From NCBI GenBank assembly GCA_038496445.1, contig JALMLS010000573.1, positions 284,917 through 348,916 of the forward strand: a DNA stretch of 64,000 nt, read 5' to 3'. This stretch comes from Trichosphaerium sp. ATCC 40318 (lineage: Eukaryota > Protista > Tubulinea). Under the pieces are notes generated by a model. The model had not been told where the DNA came from and did no database searches. It worked only from the letters and a program-made list of their open reading frames with translations. The number at the start of each line of letters is the position of its first letter. Positions within the stretch are counted from its first letter, which is position 1. Of the stretch, positions 50,437-63,535 are shown in pieces. The translations under genes and the position numbers were made by a program.

Positions 50437-51744
50437 TCATGGATCGATGGTCTTCGTGGCGTCTTGAGCAGTCTTTTTGGGCGTCTTGGGCGTTTTGGAT
50501 CTTTTCGATGGCGCGTTCGAGCTGTCGGATGCTGTTTCCTTTGTTCTCCTCGAGCACTTGGAGTCGTTTCCTGATAGATCGGAGCGCATCTGCAAGTCCA
50601 GCTGTCGAATACTCCTCGGACCGGTCCACCTTAGATCTTTGGAAATAAATGAGAAAATGTGCTCCAAATAATTGACATAGTCAATTAAAGCACCAAAAGT
50701 AAGAGAATTCTCTTTCACCATGGAGATGAATTTGAGAATAGCGCGCATGTTAAGCATGGCAAACTCGACTGGGCTGTAACTCGTATCGCTGAGGAGCTCT
50801 GTGCGAGACGCTCCGGAAAGCAAAAGGGAGTTACAGCTGCGTAGAGTAGAAAGAAAAATCACGGGTGCACGTGCAGAAGGTACTAACCGTTTCTTGCGAG
50901 AATCGTCAGGGTGATCCTCAGGTGAACGAGAACGCTTCGAGCGTTTTGAAGGAGCAGCAGGGTCCAGGTACTCACGTTCCAAATTCTCCTCTAAAACATC
51001 AATTTTGTCAGCAGGGACAAAATAATCACCATCGGAGTCAGACTCCTCATCAAGCATACCAGCAGCGATCGGTGGAGAGGAGCGGCGACCAGAAGACTTA
51101 GAGCCATTAGTCTGCTTAGTGGAGTCAGCAGAGGAGCCAGTGCGTCTTGCTTCTTTTGCAGTTCTCGAAGGAGCTGCGGAGGAAGGAGAGGACGAAGCTG
51201 GTGACTGAAACGACTTCATGGATTGCGCCAATACGGTCATCTGTTCGAGGATCTTGCCGAGTACCAAAGCTTGAGAAGGAGCTGGAGCCAATGTGGTTGG
51301 GGATTGGTTTGGAACTATGAGAGAGGGGTTAGAGCTGTTCGAAGTATGTGAAAGCAAGAAATCGGAAATTTCTTGTGAAATAGGGGCCAGGCGGCCTTTG
51401 TCGGTGAAGAAAATGTTTGGGCATCGCAAATGGTCGCGGCAAACACGAACGAAAAAGTTTAGGAAATTTTTCCGAATTGACAAATCTGTTTTAATCCAAG
51501 AAGAAGGAAAATCTTTGCTGACGCCGCTTTGGAAGCAAGACGAGAGCGCGTCAGATTCAGAGCTACGGCCTTTTTCGCCAGAAGTAACCAAAAGGTTTTG
51601 AAGGGTTTCAAAAGAGGAGTCGTAGTCTGTAATGCCTGTGACATCGGAAGTTGAAGGAACATTTGAAGTAGAAGTCATCTCAGAGGTTGACGATAGTTTA
51701 TTTTTGAGGGAAAACAGGAAGATATATTGCGATGTGGAACGCAA
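50437..51744 (-). CDS. Gag-like ORF1 of the DIRS-like element
   Basis: Long Ser/Pro-rich ORF immediately upstream of the RT, with the same composition. Assigned by position. Confidence 0.7.
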   Translation of the reverse strand: MRSTSQYIFLFSLKNKLSSTSEMTSTSNVPSTSDVTGITDYDSSFETLQNLLVTSGEKGRSSESDALSSCFQSGVSKDFPSSWIKTDLSIRKNFLNFFVRVCRDHLRCPNIFFTDKGRLAPISQEISDFLLSHTSNSSNPSLIVPNQSPTTLAPAPSQALVLGKILEQMTVLAQSMKSFQSPASSSPSSAAPSRTAKEARRTGSSADSTKQTNGSKSSGRRSSPPIAAGMLDEESDSDGDYFVPADKIDVLEENLEREYLDPAAPSKRSKRSRSPEDHPDDSRKKRLVPSARAPVIFLSTLRSCNSLLLSGASRTELLSDTSYSPVEFAMLNMRAILKFISMVKENSLTFGALIDYVNYLEHIFSFISKDLRWTGPRSIRQLDLQMRSDLSGNDSKCSRRTKETASDSSNAPSKRSKTPKTPKKTAQDATKTIDP

Positions 51745-52867
51745 TAGAGGGAATATGCACTAGTCACAACTAGTCTTTTCGCATGAATAAAACATCGTTC
51801 ACATCACGCAATTCTTGCGTTCACATGACACGTTTACTTCATCATAAAAAAATTCATCAATAAGTTTATAAATTTTTCAATTAGTTGCCTGCAATGGTTG
51901 ACAGGCATGTACACTACCAATTAAATAAGTTTTATTTGTAAAAAAACTATACGGGCTTCAGTATTGCCAGCTGGAAATCAGGCAAGCTCCTTTTGGTGTA
52001 TGGTAGTAGCATAAATTTATACATTTATACTTTGGTAACTTGTTACATTTCACGGCTTAACATGTTATTTTTCCTTGAGATTTCCTAACGTTCTCAAACT
52101 CTGAATATTTGAATTTGAATATTTGAATACACCAAAAATAGCAAATTTGAATCTTTCTGTTTTATATTTGAATATTTTTAGAACACCAAAATGCAACTTC
52201 AGGCAAGCAACATCACACACCAAAAAAGGCACTACAAACAAAGATCCAACGTTCACAAGTACTACACAGACAATAGATGTGTTTTGTCAGACTCTTGTTC
52301 CTCCTCAACATGGCACCACTTCCAACCAGCTCAAGCATTTGCGCAAAGATCATGGATACAAAAGTAAAGAAGACGAATTTCCATGGCATGGAAAAACTAA
52401 ACAAGCTCAAGTAATGGAAGACTTTTTGGTAACAAAAGTGTTATACCTGTATCAAAAAGAAACAAAAGGTGCACACGCTCATTTACTCCTTTCTTTTCTC
52501 TATATTTACTTTCTTTTTTTAGCACATTGACTAACTTGTGACAAAGCTGATTGTGGTTGGTAACTTACCACTAAACTTGGTGCAAAACCCTCAATTTGTT
52601 GACTTGATGCGGGAACTGATTGCAGGCTACACATTACCCTGTCCAAATACCATGAGAGGCATAATTGACGAAAAGTACAAGAGCACAATGCGTGACTTAA
52701 AAAAAGAAACACAAAGAGCCAAATACCCTACATTTGCTGCTGATCTTTGGAAATGTAGTCACAAAGGATTATTATTGTGCAGTAACATTGCATTGGCTAA
52801 CAGATGATTTTAAACCAAGATGAGCTCTCATTGGGTTACCATAAATGAAGGTAACCATAAACTCCTA

Positions 52868-53837
52868 CACCCTAACAAACAAAATCTTCACCCTAATTAA
52901 GTTTGGATGTCAACTGTGGTGCTAAAATATTTTCAAATAACCTAATATTTTTTGTCACCATGGATATAATGTCTGTCTTGCTGTAGTACCCATGGCAAAC
53001 ATGACGGTGTGTATGATGGCCTTTTAATTACCTGACAGTAAAAGTACCAACTTTTCGTTTTCGCATTTTTTTTGGACTCAAGAAGTGTACCTACATAATA
53101 ATTAAACAGTTTTCTCAAATGCCAAAATAGTATAAAAGCTCAAAAGTGCTTCAATTAAAAAGAATTAGTTAAACACACCTACAAAAGTGCTGTTGTAAAA
53201 ATGAACTCTAGCAATAAAAAAAACCCCACTTAACATGTACCTTGATAAATAATGGGGTTTATACTTTTATCACAATCTTGCAATATGGTTTGTATTACTT
53301 TCACAAATGGTAAAAGCATGGTATTGGTGAAGAAAACCAGCATTACTTACTTGAACACTTTTTTGGTTGCCCATATTACATGTCATATTTTGTGCAATGC
53401 AAGTTAATGACATTTCAGTCTTTAAGTGTACTAACACTTAAATAAATATGTCAAGCATGTAGAGTTTTAGGGTGGTAAGACTTTTTGAAAGTCAGTATAG
53501 TGTATGACAACACAAAAAAACCAACAAAAAAGTTGTTTTCAGATATTCATGATTAAGCTGTTCAATTCAGTGATAATTACCCACAACATCATTTTTTTAC
53601 TCAACAGATATGGTTTCTGTAGCTATAGTTGAAGATAACAAAGTACAAGCAAAACAAAGACTTGTATTCACTAAGTAATATGATATGAATTTTTTTATTT
53701 TTGAAAGATACAAGCTGCATTTGTCATCACTATTTTATTACTTACAACAATGACTACACAGCGTTTCTGTATGTTTAAAGCTACGAAATAGCTTTTAGTG
53801 AAAAAGTGTTAGGGTGAAGATTTTTTTTGTTAGCGTT
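52868..53837. mobile_element. Non-autonomous TIR element (~970 bp) inserted in the hAT
   Basis: ctaacaaacaaaatcttcaccctaa (52872-52896) vs ttagggtgaagattttttttgttag (53809-53833), a 24/25 inverted match. Confidence 0.65.
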
Positions 53838-54329
53838 TATTTAATTTATGTTTATTACAGCCACAACAATTGGTAGATTGGTCACAAGTGTCATTACAGG
53901 CGAAGCTGATGGCTCAGGTGAATCGTGGTTGGGTGATGAAGTCATGTCTGTTGCAGGTGTCACAGATGGTGGTGAGGTAGCTTCTATCAAGTATATGCAT
54001 AGAGAATTTTTCTCTAAGCAGTTGATGAAAAAATAAAAAATGTGGCAGTCAGCTACTCACCTGAAACTGCCGTATGCGATAGGTTAAGGTTTGTATTTCA
54101 AGGGAAGATCTTAACAGAGATGCACAATAAGTACATTATATGCAATTATTATAGGAAATATGTGCCTTGCTCTTTTCAGCAAAAAAGCAACTTTGAATTC
54201 CTTATTTAAGAGCAACAACACCTTTTTTGGTCAAATGAATAGACCAGATCTGCTTAAACAGTAATGTACTACTTATCCCTGATATGAGGCCGCAAACAAT
54301 GCCGTTTAGAAAACAATTTTGTTCACTAT

Positions 54330-54428
54330 CTTATGCAACATCCCAAACAGCCAAAAATGATGCATACATACTACACGCACATGTTGAATACAATACATCA
54401 TTTTTGGCTGTTTGGGATGTTGCATAAG
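54330..54428. repeat. Perfect 33-bp inverted repeat with 33-nt loop (hairpin)
   Basis: cttatgcaacatcccaaacagccaaaaatgatg / catcatttttggctgtttgggatgttgcataag. Confidence 0.9.
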
Positions 54429-54824
54429 TTAGAAAGAGGAAAAAAACTGTAAACATTTTTGGAAAAAGGGCACTACAACACATGAAAAGCGGTTAACTCG
54501 GTTTTATATTGCTAATCAAGAGCAATAACTTGACGTTTTTTGTGGAGCCATGACTAACATTTTAGTGTGCACACTCAGGTTCGATGCACTACTACTCTTT
54601 ATACACTTTCAAGGTATAAATGAGTTGAACAAAAAGAACCTAGCTAGAAGATTTTCACATTTTACAATAACGCCATACCATAAAAACAGTAAAACATATT
54701 TATTTTTTCTCATGGCTACAGGTTTATATTAAGCTCTCATACTTACTGTGTCTATTCAAAGCATGCAGTGCTTACGCCACAGCATATTCAACTGCTTAGC
54801 GAAAAATTCTCTATGTACTTCCGT

Positions 54825-56406
54825 TTAGTTTTGCACCCAAAATTGTCACACCTAAAATTCAACAAAATTAACGGCTTTTAGGAAATGTGGGCGTAGATTA
54901 GAGAATAACCAATATATTATATGATAGGTTATTCGACTACTTCTACACTACAATACAGAAAATACTGAGGTCTATTTGTGTTTCTGTTGTTGAGCTTCAA
55001 ATAATTCTTTTGCTGACTTTTGATTTAAGCAATCAGGACACATGCCATAATTATTGCAATGAGCACACCATGACCACTTTTTACTACTTCTCCATACTCT
55101 TTCAAGGCATCTTTTACAAGTTTGTGCTGCTATTCTATGAGAGGTTAGCATGAAAACTAAATAAAAAAAAAATTTTAGTAAACTTGCTGTGATTTTTTCT
55201 CCCTGTCTAGCCATTGTTTTTTTAATTTTCTTTTTTGTGCAGCCTCACTACGCTTGCGTTTCTTACTGGCCATTTCTTCTTTTGACTTCATTTCCGCTTG
55301 TTTGTTTTTTCAATTTCACAGAACTGATCTGTGATGATTGGTACATCCTCTTTAACTGTGCCCTTCACTCGTTTCGGTGGCTTTTAGCGCTGAGTATCCT
55401 CTATTAGCTCCTGCATGCCAGTCAGCAACATTTGAGATGCCTTTCATCCACAGGTTTTTCAGAAACACCAGCATTTTTTTTTGCTCTTTCAATTATTTTG
55501 TTTCAATTGTATGGATAGATACCCACTTTTTCCCAGGCAGCTTTTATTACTGTAGGTGTTAAAGCTAGTCTTGTGGCTTCCGGTACAAAGAGTGAATTTA
55601 AGGGTAGCACCTCATTGGTAACACGGCTGATCTGCAACTCTTTTTGCCTTAACTTTTGAAATTCTTGGGTGACATGAGCAAATGGGCAATTATCCAGTGG
55701 CTGAAAGAAGTGAGATGAATGTGAGGACAAGCCAATAGTGATTACATTAGCCTCACAGCATTTATGTAAAACTGTCATATCAAGATGGGAACTGAGGCAA
55801 TCCAAAATTAAAAATGCTTTTCTGTCCCCTTGATACATTGAAAGGTGGTATAAAAATCTGTTGATAATTAAAGACCAGATATCTTTTGTTACATACGCTT
55901 TCCTATGATATATGTGATATTTTGGAAATCCAGATCGAGTCTTCACAGGTCGTCTGACAACTTTTTTGTTTTGCAGTTTTACCTGGAAAAAGATAAAACA
56001 CCACAAGGACTCTGCCAGCAGCTGTGACGAATGAAATCAATGTGATGCGTTTACCACCAATTATGTCTTGAGTGCCAACAGTTTTTTTTCTTTGATTCTC
56101 CCATGTGGTGAGAAGTAGCCTGTTGAACTTGAAAACAAAAAAAATTTTCATCAACATTTATTACTAATTCTGGATTCAATGGTGTTACACCATTGGATAC
56201 TGTGTTCTAGAGTTGTTTCTGATGTTCTCTCAGCAGTGATTGCCTTTGCCTTTGTAGCAATGAGTATTGGTGCCCATCTTTTCTTAGCGCTTCTTTTAGT
56301 GCTTTGTCCATAACATGTGATGTGGGTTTGTATAGTGGTAGTTTCAACGCTTTTCAAAGGTGCAACACTTTTGGGTGCACTGCGACAATTTTGGGTGCAA
56401 AACTAA
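54825..56406 (-). mobile_element. pogo/Tigger-like DDE transposon (decayed) with 26-bp inverted repeats
   Basis: ITLISFVTAAG, LILDCLSSH, SHFFQPLD..PF, AWEKVGIYPYN and a Cys-rich tail. TIRs: ttagttttgcacccaaaattgtcaca (54825-54850) / tgcgacaattttgggtgcaaaactaa (56381-56406). Confidence 0.88.
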
Positions 56407-57684
56407 TTAACACAAAAAATAACATTCAAAGCAATTTTTACTTGGTCTAATATAGCATCCTGGAAAACCCTATTTTCGTGCCCATTCAACAATTCATTAC
56501 TGGATTAAATACATCCAACAACATGTATCTAGCATGGATTAAAGTATGTGGTGGCAAAGCTAAAAAAGTAAAATGTGATGTTGTCACTCGATGGAGCTCC
56601 AAAATTAGTATGCTCTTCTCCTTTAAAGCAGTACAATAAGAGTTAAAACTAATAACAAAAGAAGTGGAGAAAAAGGTACTTTTTTTTTATTGTAAACACT
56701 CAGAGCACTGATACGCATTTAGTTTTTAAAGAACATCCCTGACTTTACTACATACCACTGGACAATCATTGGTGATATCATTGAGACCTTTTCTTCTACT
56801 GTAAAGGTTATACAGGCGCTAGAAGCTGAAAAACAACCAATCAAGCACTTATCTTAGCAATGCTTGAAATGCTTGAAAGTACAATTGAGGACAAGCTCAA
56901 ACCATGTACGTGTTACCAACACTCCAGTAATGCAATTTAATACTATTTAAGCTTCTGAGAAGTCAGCTGTATGCAGTAAACAACGAAGAAATGCAAAACT
57001 AAAATTAACAACCATTTATCAAGAATTTTTGGATGAAATTTGTGTCATGTGGTAATTTGCCAGTGGTCACATCATTGGCTACCATTCTACATCCTGTGTT
57101 TAGAGATGCTGAACACTTGGAACCAGGTGATACAGTTGAAGCATGGAAAGTTCTCAAAGAACTTTATGACAAAGAGGTCAAAAGAACAGAGCAAGTGCGT
57201 TATTTTAACTTATTTTATTGAGTGGTGTATTTTTTTTTTAGGTGACAGTGTATCCACCAGAAAACATATTGCATGTTGATGAACCTGAAATGACACAGCC
57301 AAAAAAGCGAAAACGTGAAACTAATGCTTTTGAGGATCTTAGAAAGTACATATTTTGCTTTCCTCTTGTGCAAGTATTAACGTTGTTTACAGCCATAGAC
57401 ATAATAGACATAAGGTTGTGGTGGTGGATGAATTTAAGAGTACAAAAAACTTGAAGCTCTTGATTCTGATGACTTCACAGCACTTTCATGGTGGAAACAA
57501 CACAAAGTAATGTATCTTACCATGGCAAAGCTAGCTCAACAGTATTTGGCAATACCAGCTTCTCAACCAATGACGCACCAAACAGAAATAGGTTATCACG
57601 CAAACTTGTAAATAACTTATCACTATTACGTTAACAGATAATTATAGACATAGAACCCATGTAACACGTGATATCATGTGACTT

Positions 57685-58586
57685 TTATTTGAATAGAATT
57701 GAAATCTTTTTTGTATTCAAAGAGTTTGCTTGAAAGCATTTCTTTTCATTAATCTGAAGACCAGTTGCTTTTCCATATCTTGTTAACCAATAATTCATTT
57801 CATCAATATCATCTATGGAGCTAGCTAATAATAACAGATCGTCAGCAAAGAACAGGTTTTTAAGCCAATTCTTTAGGCACATCTCAGCACCCTTGATATA
57901 AGCTTCATGATTTATGATCCAGTTGAGCAGTTCCACCATTAGTGTGAAGAAATAAGGGCTTAGTATAGGATTTTCTTGACCTGTACCTCTCTTTGTACAG
58001 AAGGTTTCTTTGCTAACGACATTGTTGATTCTTACTTGAACATCTAATTTGAGAGCTTGAACTAACATTTTAGCACTCTTGTCAGAGAATCCTATTTTTG
58101 TTAGGAATAATTTTAGCGCAATATGGCTACAGGAATTGGAAGCTTTTTTGAAGTCATATGCAATCATTTGAAAATAGGAATAATCGTACCCTTACATAGA
58201 AACTGATCTACACAACCTTGTTTGATAAATGTATTAAATAGACTTGTTAGTGACGGAACAAAAGTTTCCCTCATAGATATGTATACGCACGCTGATAAGC
58301 CATCTGGGCCTGGAGCTTTATTAGAAGGCATGTTGTTTATTACTTCCTCTATTTCTTCTTCTTCAATAGGAACATTTAGTTGTTCTTCCAATTCTACAAA
58401 GGCCTTAGGTTTCCATAAACTACTTACTTGGTTAAGGACTTGTTCATCTATTTTAAGGTTGTCATATAGATTTTTGTAAAATCTGACACTTGTTGAAAGT
58501 ATTTCTTTTATATCTTTTGAAGACGTGTTGTTCCATGTGCACTTTAATTCTTCAACTAGAGCTAGATTACGTAAGCATCCACACAT
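57685..58586 (-). mobile_element. Non-LTR retrotransposon RT fragment (frameshifted, internally deleted)
   Basis: NKAPGPDGL, IIPIFK, DFKKA, RGTGQ..ILSP..F, FADD. Confidence 0.88.
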
Positions 58587-60974
58587 GCTTATCGGCTTTA
58601 AAAGATGCTGTTAAACAAGGTAGTGGAGTGTGAGAGCATAAAATTACGTTGTAAGCACGGAAAAAAGTACTTACTTAAAAGCAAAAACTTTTTGCCTTAA
58701 AAGGAAAGTAGCAACATAAACTCCTTGAACATGGTTTCATGATGCCTGCACATTACACAGCCTTTTTATTGTTCCAAATATGTAGGAACTGAAGTTATAA
58801 GTGTTTTACAGCGTTTAGTGGCTAAAAAAGTTAATTGCTCTTTAAAATCAAAGAACAATACTGTACAAGCGTTATCCGTGTGTAGAATATGCGTTTCCAA
58901 GCATAAAACGCTGTTTAAAACAAAAAGGCAAGAAAAAAGTATAATGCCAGGCAATGCCATCGATATTCTCTAAACTATATAAACAGATCATATACTTTTG
59001 TTTCTACATAGTCACGGTTTGGACCGTTTTGGCCCTAGCCTTTAATATTGGTTTTACGAAAAATTCCAGCTGTAGAAAACTGGGCCATTTTTAAAAACAC
59101 ATAAACGTGCCAGCTAAAATACATCACTTGCAACGCATGTGAGTATATCGGTGGCAATAACTGAGATGTAAAATTGATTGTGTGATAACTTTGGGAAAAA
59201 AAAAATGTAAGTGAGTACTGTTGGTGCAAACGCTATTGGCATGTGTATTTTTACAATTGATCATAGTGGCACCACTATGCCATATACTCATTTTCTAATG
59301 AAGAAAAGTGTAGAACATAACATATAACATCAGTGTAGAATAGTAAACCTTTTGTTTCAACAAATATCATTCAACAAACTCCCACATTTGACGCACTTTA
59401 TTGTGCGTTTAGTTTTCAATAACATGTTTTGAGGCTATTAAATACGACCATTGACACCTACTCAAAGTGATGAAAACATAATTGATAATGTGTGCAATAA
59501 GTATAACTTAGCTAAACAATGCTTAAAAAGTCACAAAATTAAACTATTTTTTAGAGTCATTGTAGGCTACATCACTGTTGTTGAATGTTTCATACTCTGT
59601 ATATATTATTCACAATATGTATGGCTACTATTTACTCAAGCGTCAATCATAAAAAACTATTTTCAACATCAAAATAATTTTGTTTTAAAAGTGGAGTGCT
59701 TACATAATCTGGCTCTATTCTAGCAGAATTTCTGCCTTTTAGTATTCTTGTTAGCTGAGCAGATGGTATTTCATTGTTTGTCTTTATTGATAGATGCCGC
59801 CACACAGGTAAATTCTTTCTTTTCTTTGGTGAGTTTATTGTATTCTAATAGGTCTTTCATAGTAGCTGTGTGTTTATTTGATAGAGTCGCTGCTAGCACA
59901 TTGATTCGTACGTTCTTTTTGAATAATAGATTGTGTTGATTTTTACTAATCTAGTTATTAGTTCATCTTATCATATACATAATCGCTTGGAGAAGGACCA
60001 AATGTTAAATCGCATGTTTTAGTGGCTTTGTGTACTTCCTTGAAAAGAACTGAATTAATGTGAAAAGGACAAGGGAGTCAAGGACCAAATTCAAGAGAAG
60101 CAAGTAAAATCGAGTGATCAAGTTCAAAAATTGGCATGTCAAAAACTTTGAATGATTTTAGATTAGGAGATAACGTTTTAGAAATTAATAATAGATCTAA
60201 TCTACCTACTTTTTCATGTGTAGGCAGTACTTTGTGGAACTTTGCCGCTGCATCAATAAATCCTAATTGTAATAATAATGCGTTTTAAGTGCCTTTTTAT
60301 TCTCTAGGCAAAGATTAAAATCACCTGTGATAATATCGCAATCAGCCACCGCTTGAAAGACTTTAAGCCAAAAATCATTTGAGCTGTTAGATTTAGCATA
60401 TATGGTTGCTATTTTTAGTTTAACTCCATTGCATTCTATCTCTGCTACCAGAATTCGACCATCTACAGAATTAAGTTATATCAGTTGTTTACCTCTAACT
60501 GCAGTCAATGCTACTCCAGTGCCTCTCCCTTCATCTGTATGTACCGTTTTAAGCCTATGATCTTGAAAGACATTTGTTTCTTTAGCACAAAAAATATTGC
60601 ACTTGAGATTGTATGCCAGTTCTCATACCATGTCAGAATTACTGAATCCCCTTATATTAGCTGTAGTGCGTTTGATACACTTGTTTTTACTCATAATTTA
60701 CACAGATCCCAGCCAACACGAAAACAACACCATACCTGCTAAAGAAGAGACAATCCAAGTAGGCATGCAAACTATAAACCTGTTTAACCTGCAGAAAATG
60801 ACATTAGACAAAGAGAAAAATTATGGTATGAACTGGCAATAGGATATAGAAACATTCATGTAAGATGTACACGTGTAATTACAAGCTGTGGAAAAGTCTA
60901 AAATTTTGGAGATTTCCCTGGATGCGAAATGCGTTATGATAATAAAACACAAATTCATGCGTCCAGAAACATAT

Positions 60975-61285
60975 GTGTTATGTGGAAAAATTATTTTTAT
61001 TATAGGGTTTTATGCACTCATACACGTAGCATTGGTGTGCAAAGAATCAATGTCGAAAGTTGATGTGGTAAGCCAGAAATTATGACTTTTTTGTCTGCCC
61101 TCATTCACTGAATGCACCTTAAAAAAATAGTTTTATGTGCCCTCATACAAGTTACATCAATGTGTAAAGAATCAGTATTGAAATCGATTTGGTAAGCTAG
61201 AAATTTTGATTTTTTGCATCAAAAACGAAGAACTTTTACCTTGATATGAAACAATTTTCAGAAAAAAATAAGAAAGGTCCATTTT
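60975..61285. repeat. Diverged, partly duplicated copy of the 38.8-kb palindrome arm
   Basis: Shares aattattttta..., gtgtgcaaagaatca, ggtaagccagaaat, caaaaacgaaga and cagaaaaaaataagaaaggt. Confidence 0.7.
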
Positions 61286-61748
61286 ATTTTTTTTTCAACC
61301 AAACTGTGCAGTAAATGGATGGTTTTACCTTCTTATAGATCAATCAAGGGTTTTAACTGGAAACAAATCAACCACCTACCTCTCCTACAACAAATGCTCC
61401 AATTACTGATGTGCCAACTACAAACACTTTTACAACTGTTCGACTCACAACTGCTTCAACCATTGTGACAGCTCCTCCAACAACGCCCTACAGCTTCTCC
61501 GACTCTATATCTACAATTGAAGTGCTTTCACTTGATGCACCTACACTTGATGTACCTACACCTGAAGTATCTTCACTTGATGTGCCTTCACTCCATACAC
61601 CTACACCTAAAGCGCCTTCACTTGATACACCTACACCTGTCAATAGTTACAACATGTTTGCCGTTTGCATTGCAGTGGCCATGAAATATGACCATTACAA
61701 TGTAAATTAGTTGAATGGTAATTTTGTAGCAATTCTAAATAAACTAAA

Positions 61749-63535
61749 ATGTCTCACAACCCCTCCCAAACACAAAAAATAATGAAGGTAGCCACTGCCA
61801 GTGTAGTTTTACAACTGGCAAGGTTAAAAACTCCTCAACATGGGGTAATCCTCAAAATATGTCATGAAGTAGCTCAGAAATATGATGTAAATGCCCATTC
61901 ACTAAGGCAGAGTGTTAGAAGACGAAAACAAAAGGTGTATTCTCCAAATTACAAATCTCACAGAAACCAGTTATTTTCAGATAATCAAGAAAATGTCTTA
62001 GTTGGCTATTGTTTGAGCTTTAGCTCTTTGCACAAGCCTCTGCCATGTTCTTCTGTGATATCTATGGCATCAGCTCTTTATTTGAAAAAGAAGAAGTCTA
62101 GTTTGGAAGCTTGGTATGACGGATTTGTGAAAAGGCACTCGGATATTCTCAAAGAGTCAATTTCAAAACCAATTCGGGCATGTAGGGTATCCAACAACCT
62201 GTTAGAAGATGTCACAGGGTGGTGTGATATGTATGAGAAGTTTCAAGATCACAATGTGATGAATCCTGATCTGATGTTCAATGTTGATGAAAAATTATTT
62301 ACTGAATGAAGTGATGGCCTTAAATATGTTACCCTAGAAGATAGAATGAAAAAAATTGGAGGAACAGTCACCACCAAAACAGGCAAGCCATTGACGTTGA
62401 TACCGTTTATTTCAGCATCAGGGAAGGTTTTGGTGACGATTTACATTATGGCAGCTAAAAATAAAGGTGACACTCAAAACATCACCAATTTGGTTATACC
62501 AAAACCTTCCAAGACTCGATCTTCATGGCCCAGATACTATGTATGTCATGAGAATGGATATATGACCAATGAAATTTGGCCAAAAATTCTTGATGTATTT
62601 TTACATCACCTAAAAGAAATCCAAGGTGACTGAACTGCCTTTTTATTTTTGGATCGTTTGGCAAGCCACATCAACACTGAATCTCTTCAAAAGTGTCTTA
62701 AACAGAATGTACAAACTGTTACCTGGGTGCTTCATACCTCACATTTTGCACAACCATTGGATGACAAGCCATTTGCAAACTTGGCTAGAGCTTATACAAA
62801 ATTTCGAAAACAAAAGGCTCAAAGAGGAATGGAGACCAGACAAAAGGCTTTTTCTTATGATTTTATATCACTAGAGGCAGCAAAGAGCAAAGCCTTCACC
62901 AAAAAAATCCTAACTTCCTCATGGAAAGCCGTTGGTGTGCTACCATATGACAGGAATTTGATTCTAAAAAATGTTTTTGAAAATATTGGGCAACCTTCAG
63001 ATGAAACACTTTCTGACCTTCCTGATGATGTTTTGAAAGCAAAAATCACTATGGATGCTTTAATGACAGAGAAGGTGCCTAAAAAATAAATGAAACTTGG
63101 ATCAGTGAGGATGATAAAGAATCACATGTACATTGGACAAAAACTTGTTCAATTTGCTGAAAGCCAGAAAAAAAAAGAAGAACAGGAGCAAAAATCAAAA
63201 GACAGAGGAGAGGCACATTAAATTAGATGAGAGAGAGAAAAAAAATCAAGAAAAAGAAGCAAAAAGAGCTGAGAGAGAAGAGCAAAAAAAAATCTGAGAG
63301 AATCAAAAAAAAATTGAAGCTTCTCAAAAGAGGTTTGTCCGTGAAAAAACAACCTGCTGTGTATGTCACACCAAAGTATGCAGAGAAGGGCGTAATTGGA
63401 TGTGGTGTGAGCAGTGTAATCAATTTGGTAGTTGCCCTGTGTGTTCAAAAAAAATTTGGCAAAGAATTAATTGAAAATCACAGGTTAGATTGTCCAGGTG
63501 GAGAACCTTATGAGATCTGGATCACAAAGCAGTAG
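61749..63535 (+). mobile_element. pogo/Tigger-like DDE transposase pseudogene
   Basis: CENP-B-like HTH (FSDNQENVLV...WYDGFVKRH), FNVDEK, LTLIPFISASG, NGYMT, LDRLASH, SHFAQPLD, WKAVGVLPY and a Cys-rich tail. In-frame TGA stops at 62307 and 62631. Confidence 0.9.

Larger units (their letters stand above)
47876..51744 (-). mobile_element. DIRS-order (tyrosine recombinase) retrotransposon: gag - RT/RNaseH - YR
   Basis: Three long, intronless, abutting or overlapping ORFs, visibly GC-richer than the host DNA. Termini not resolved. Confidence 0.93.
52180..57570 (+). mobile_element. Decayed hAT transposase, split by nested insertions
   Basis: 5' part at 52.2-52.85 kb: TTSNQLKHLRKDH (BED finger), LPLNLVQNPQF, FAADLWK. 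3' part at 56.4-57.57 kb: DVVTRWSS, ATILHP, WWKQHK...LAQQYLAIPAS (dimerisation domain). Confidence 0.85.

Noticed and set aside
61411-61710. Pro/Thr-rich ORF with 15-bp repeats (SLDxPT)
   Set aside because: Low-complexity sequence in a TE-rich region with no supportable gene model.
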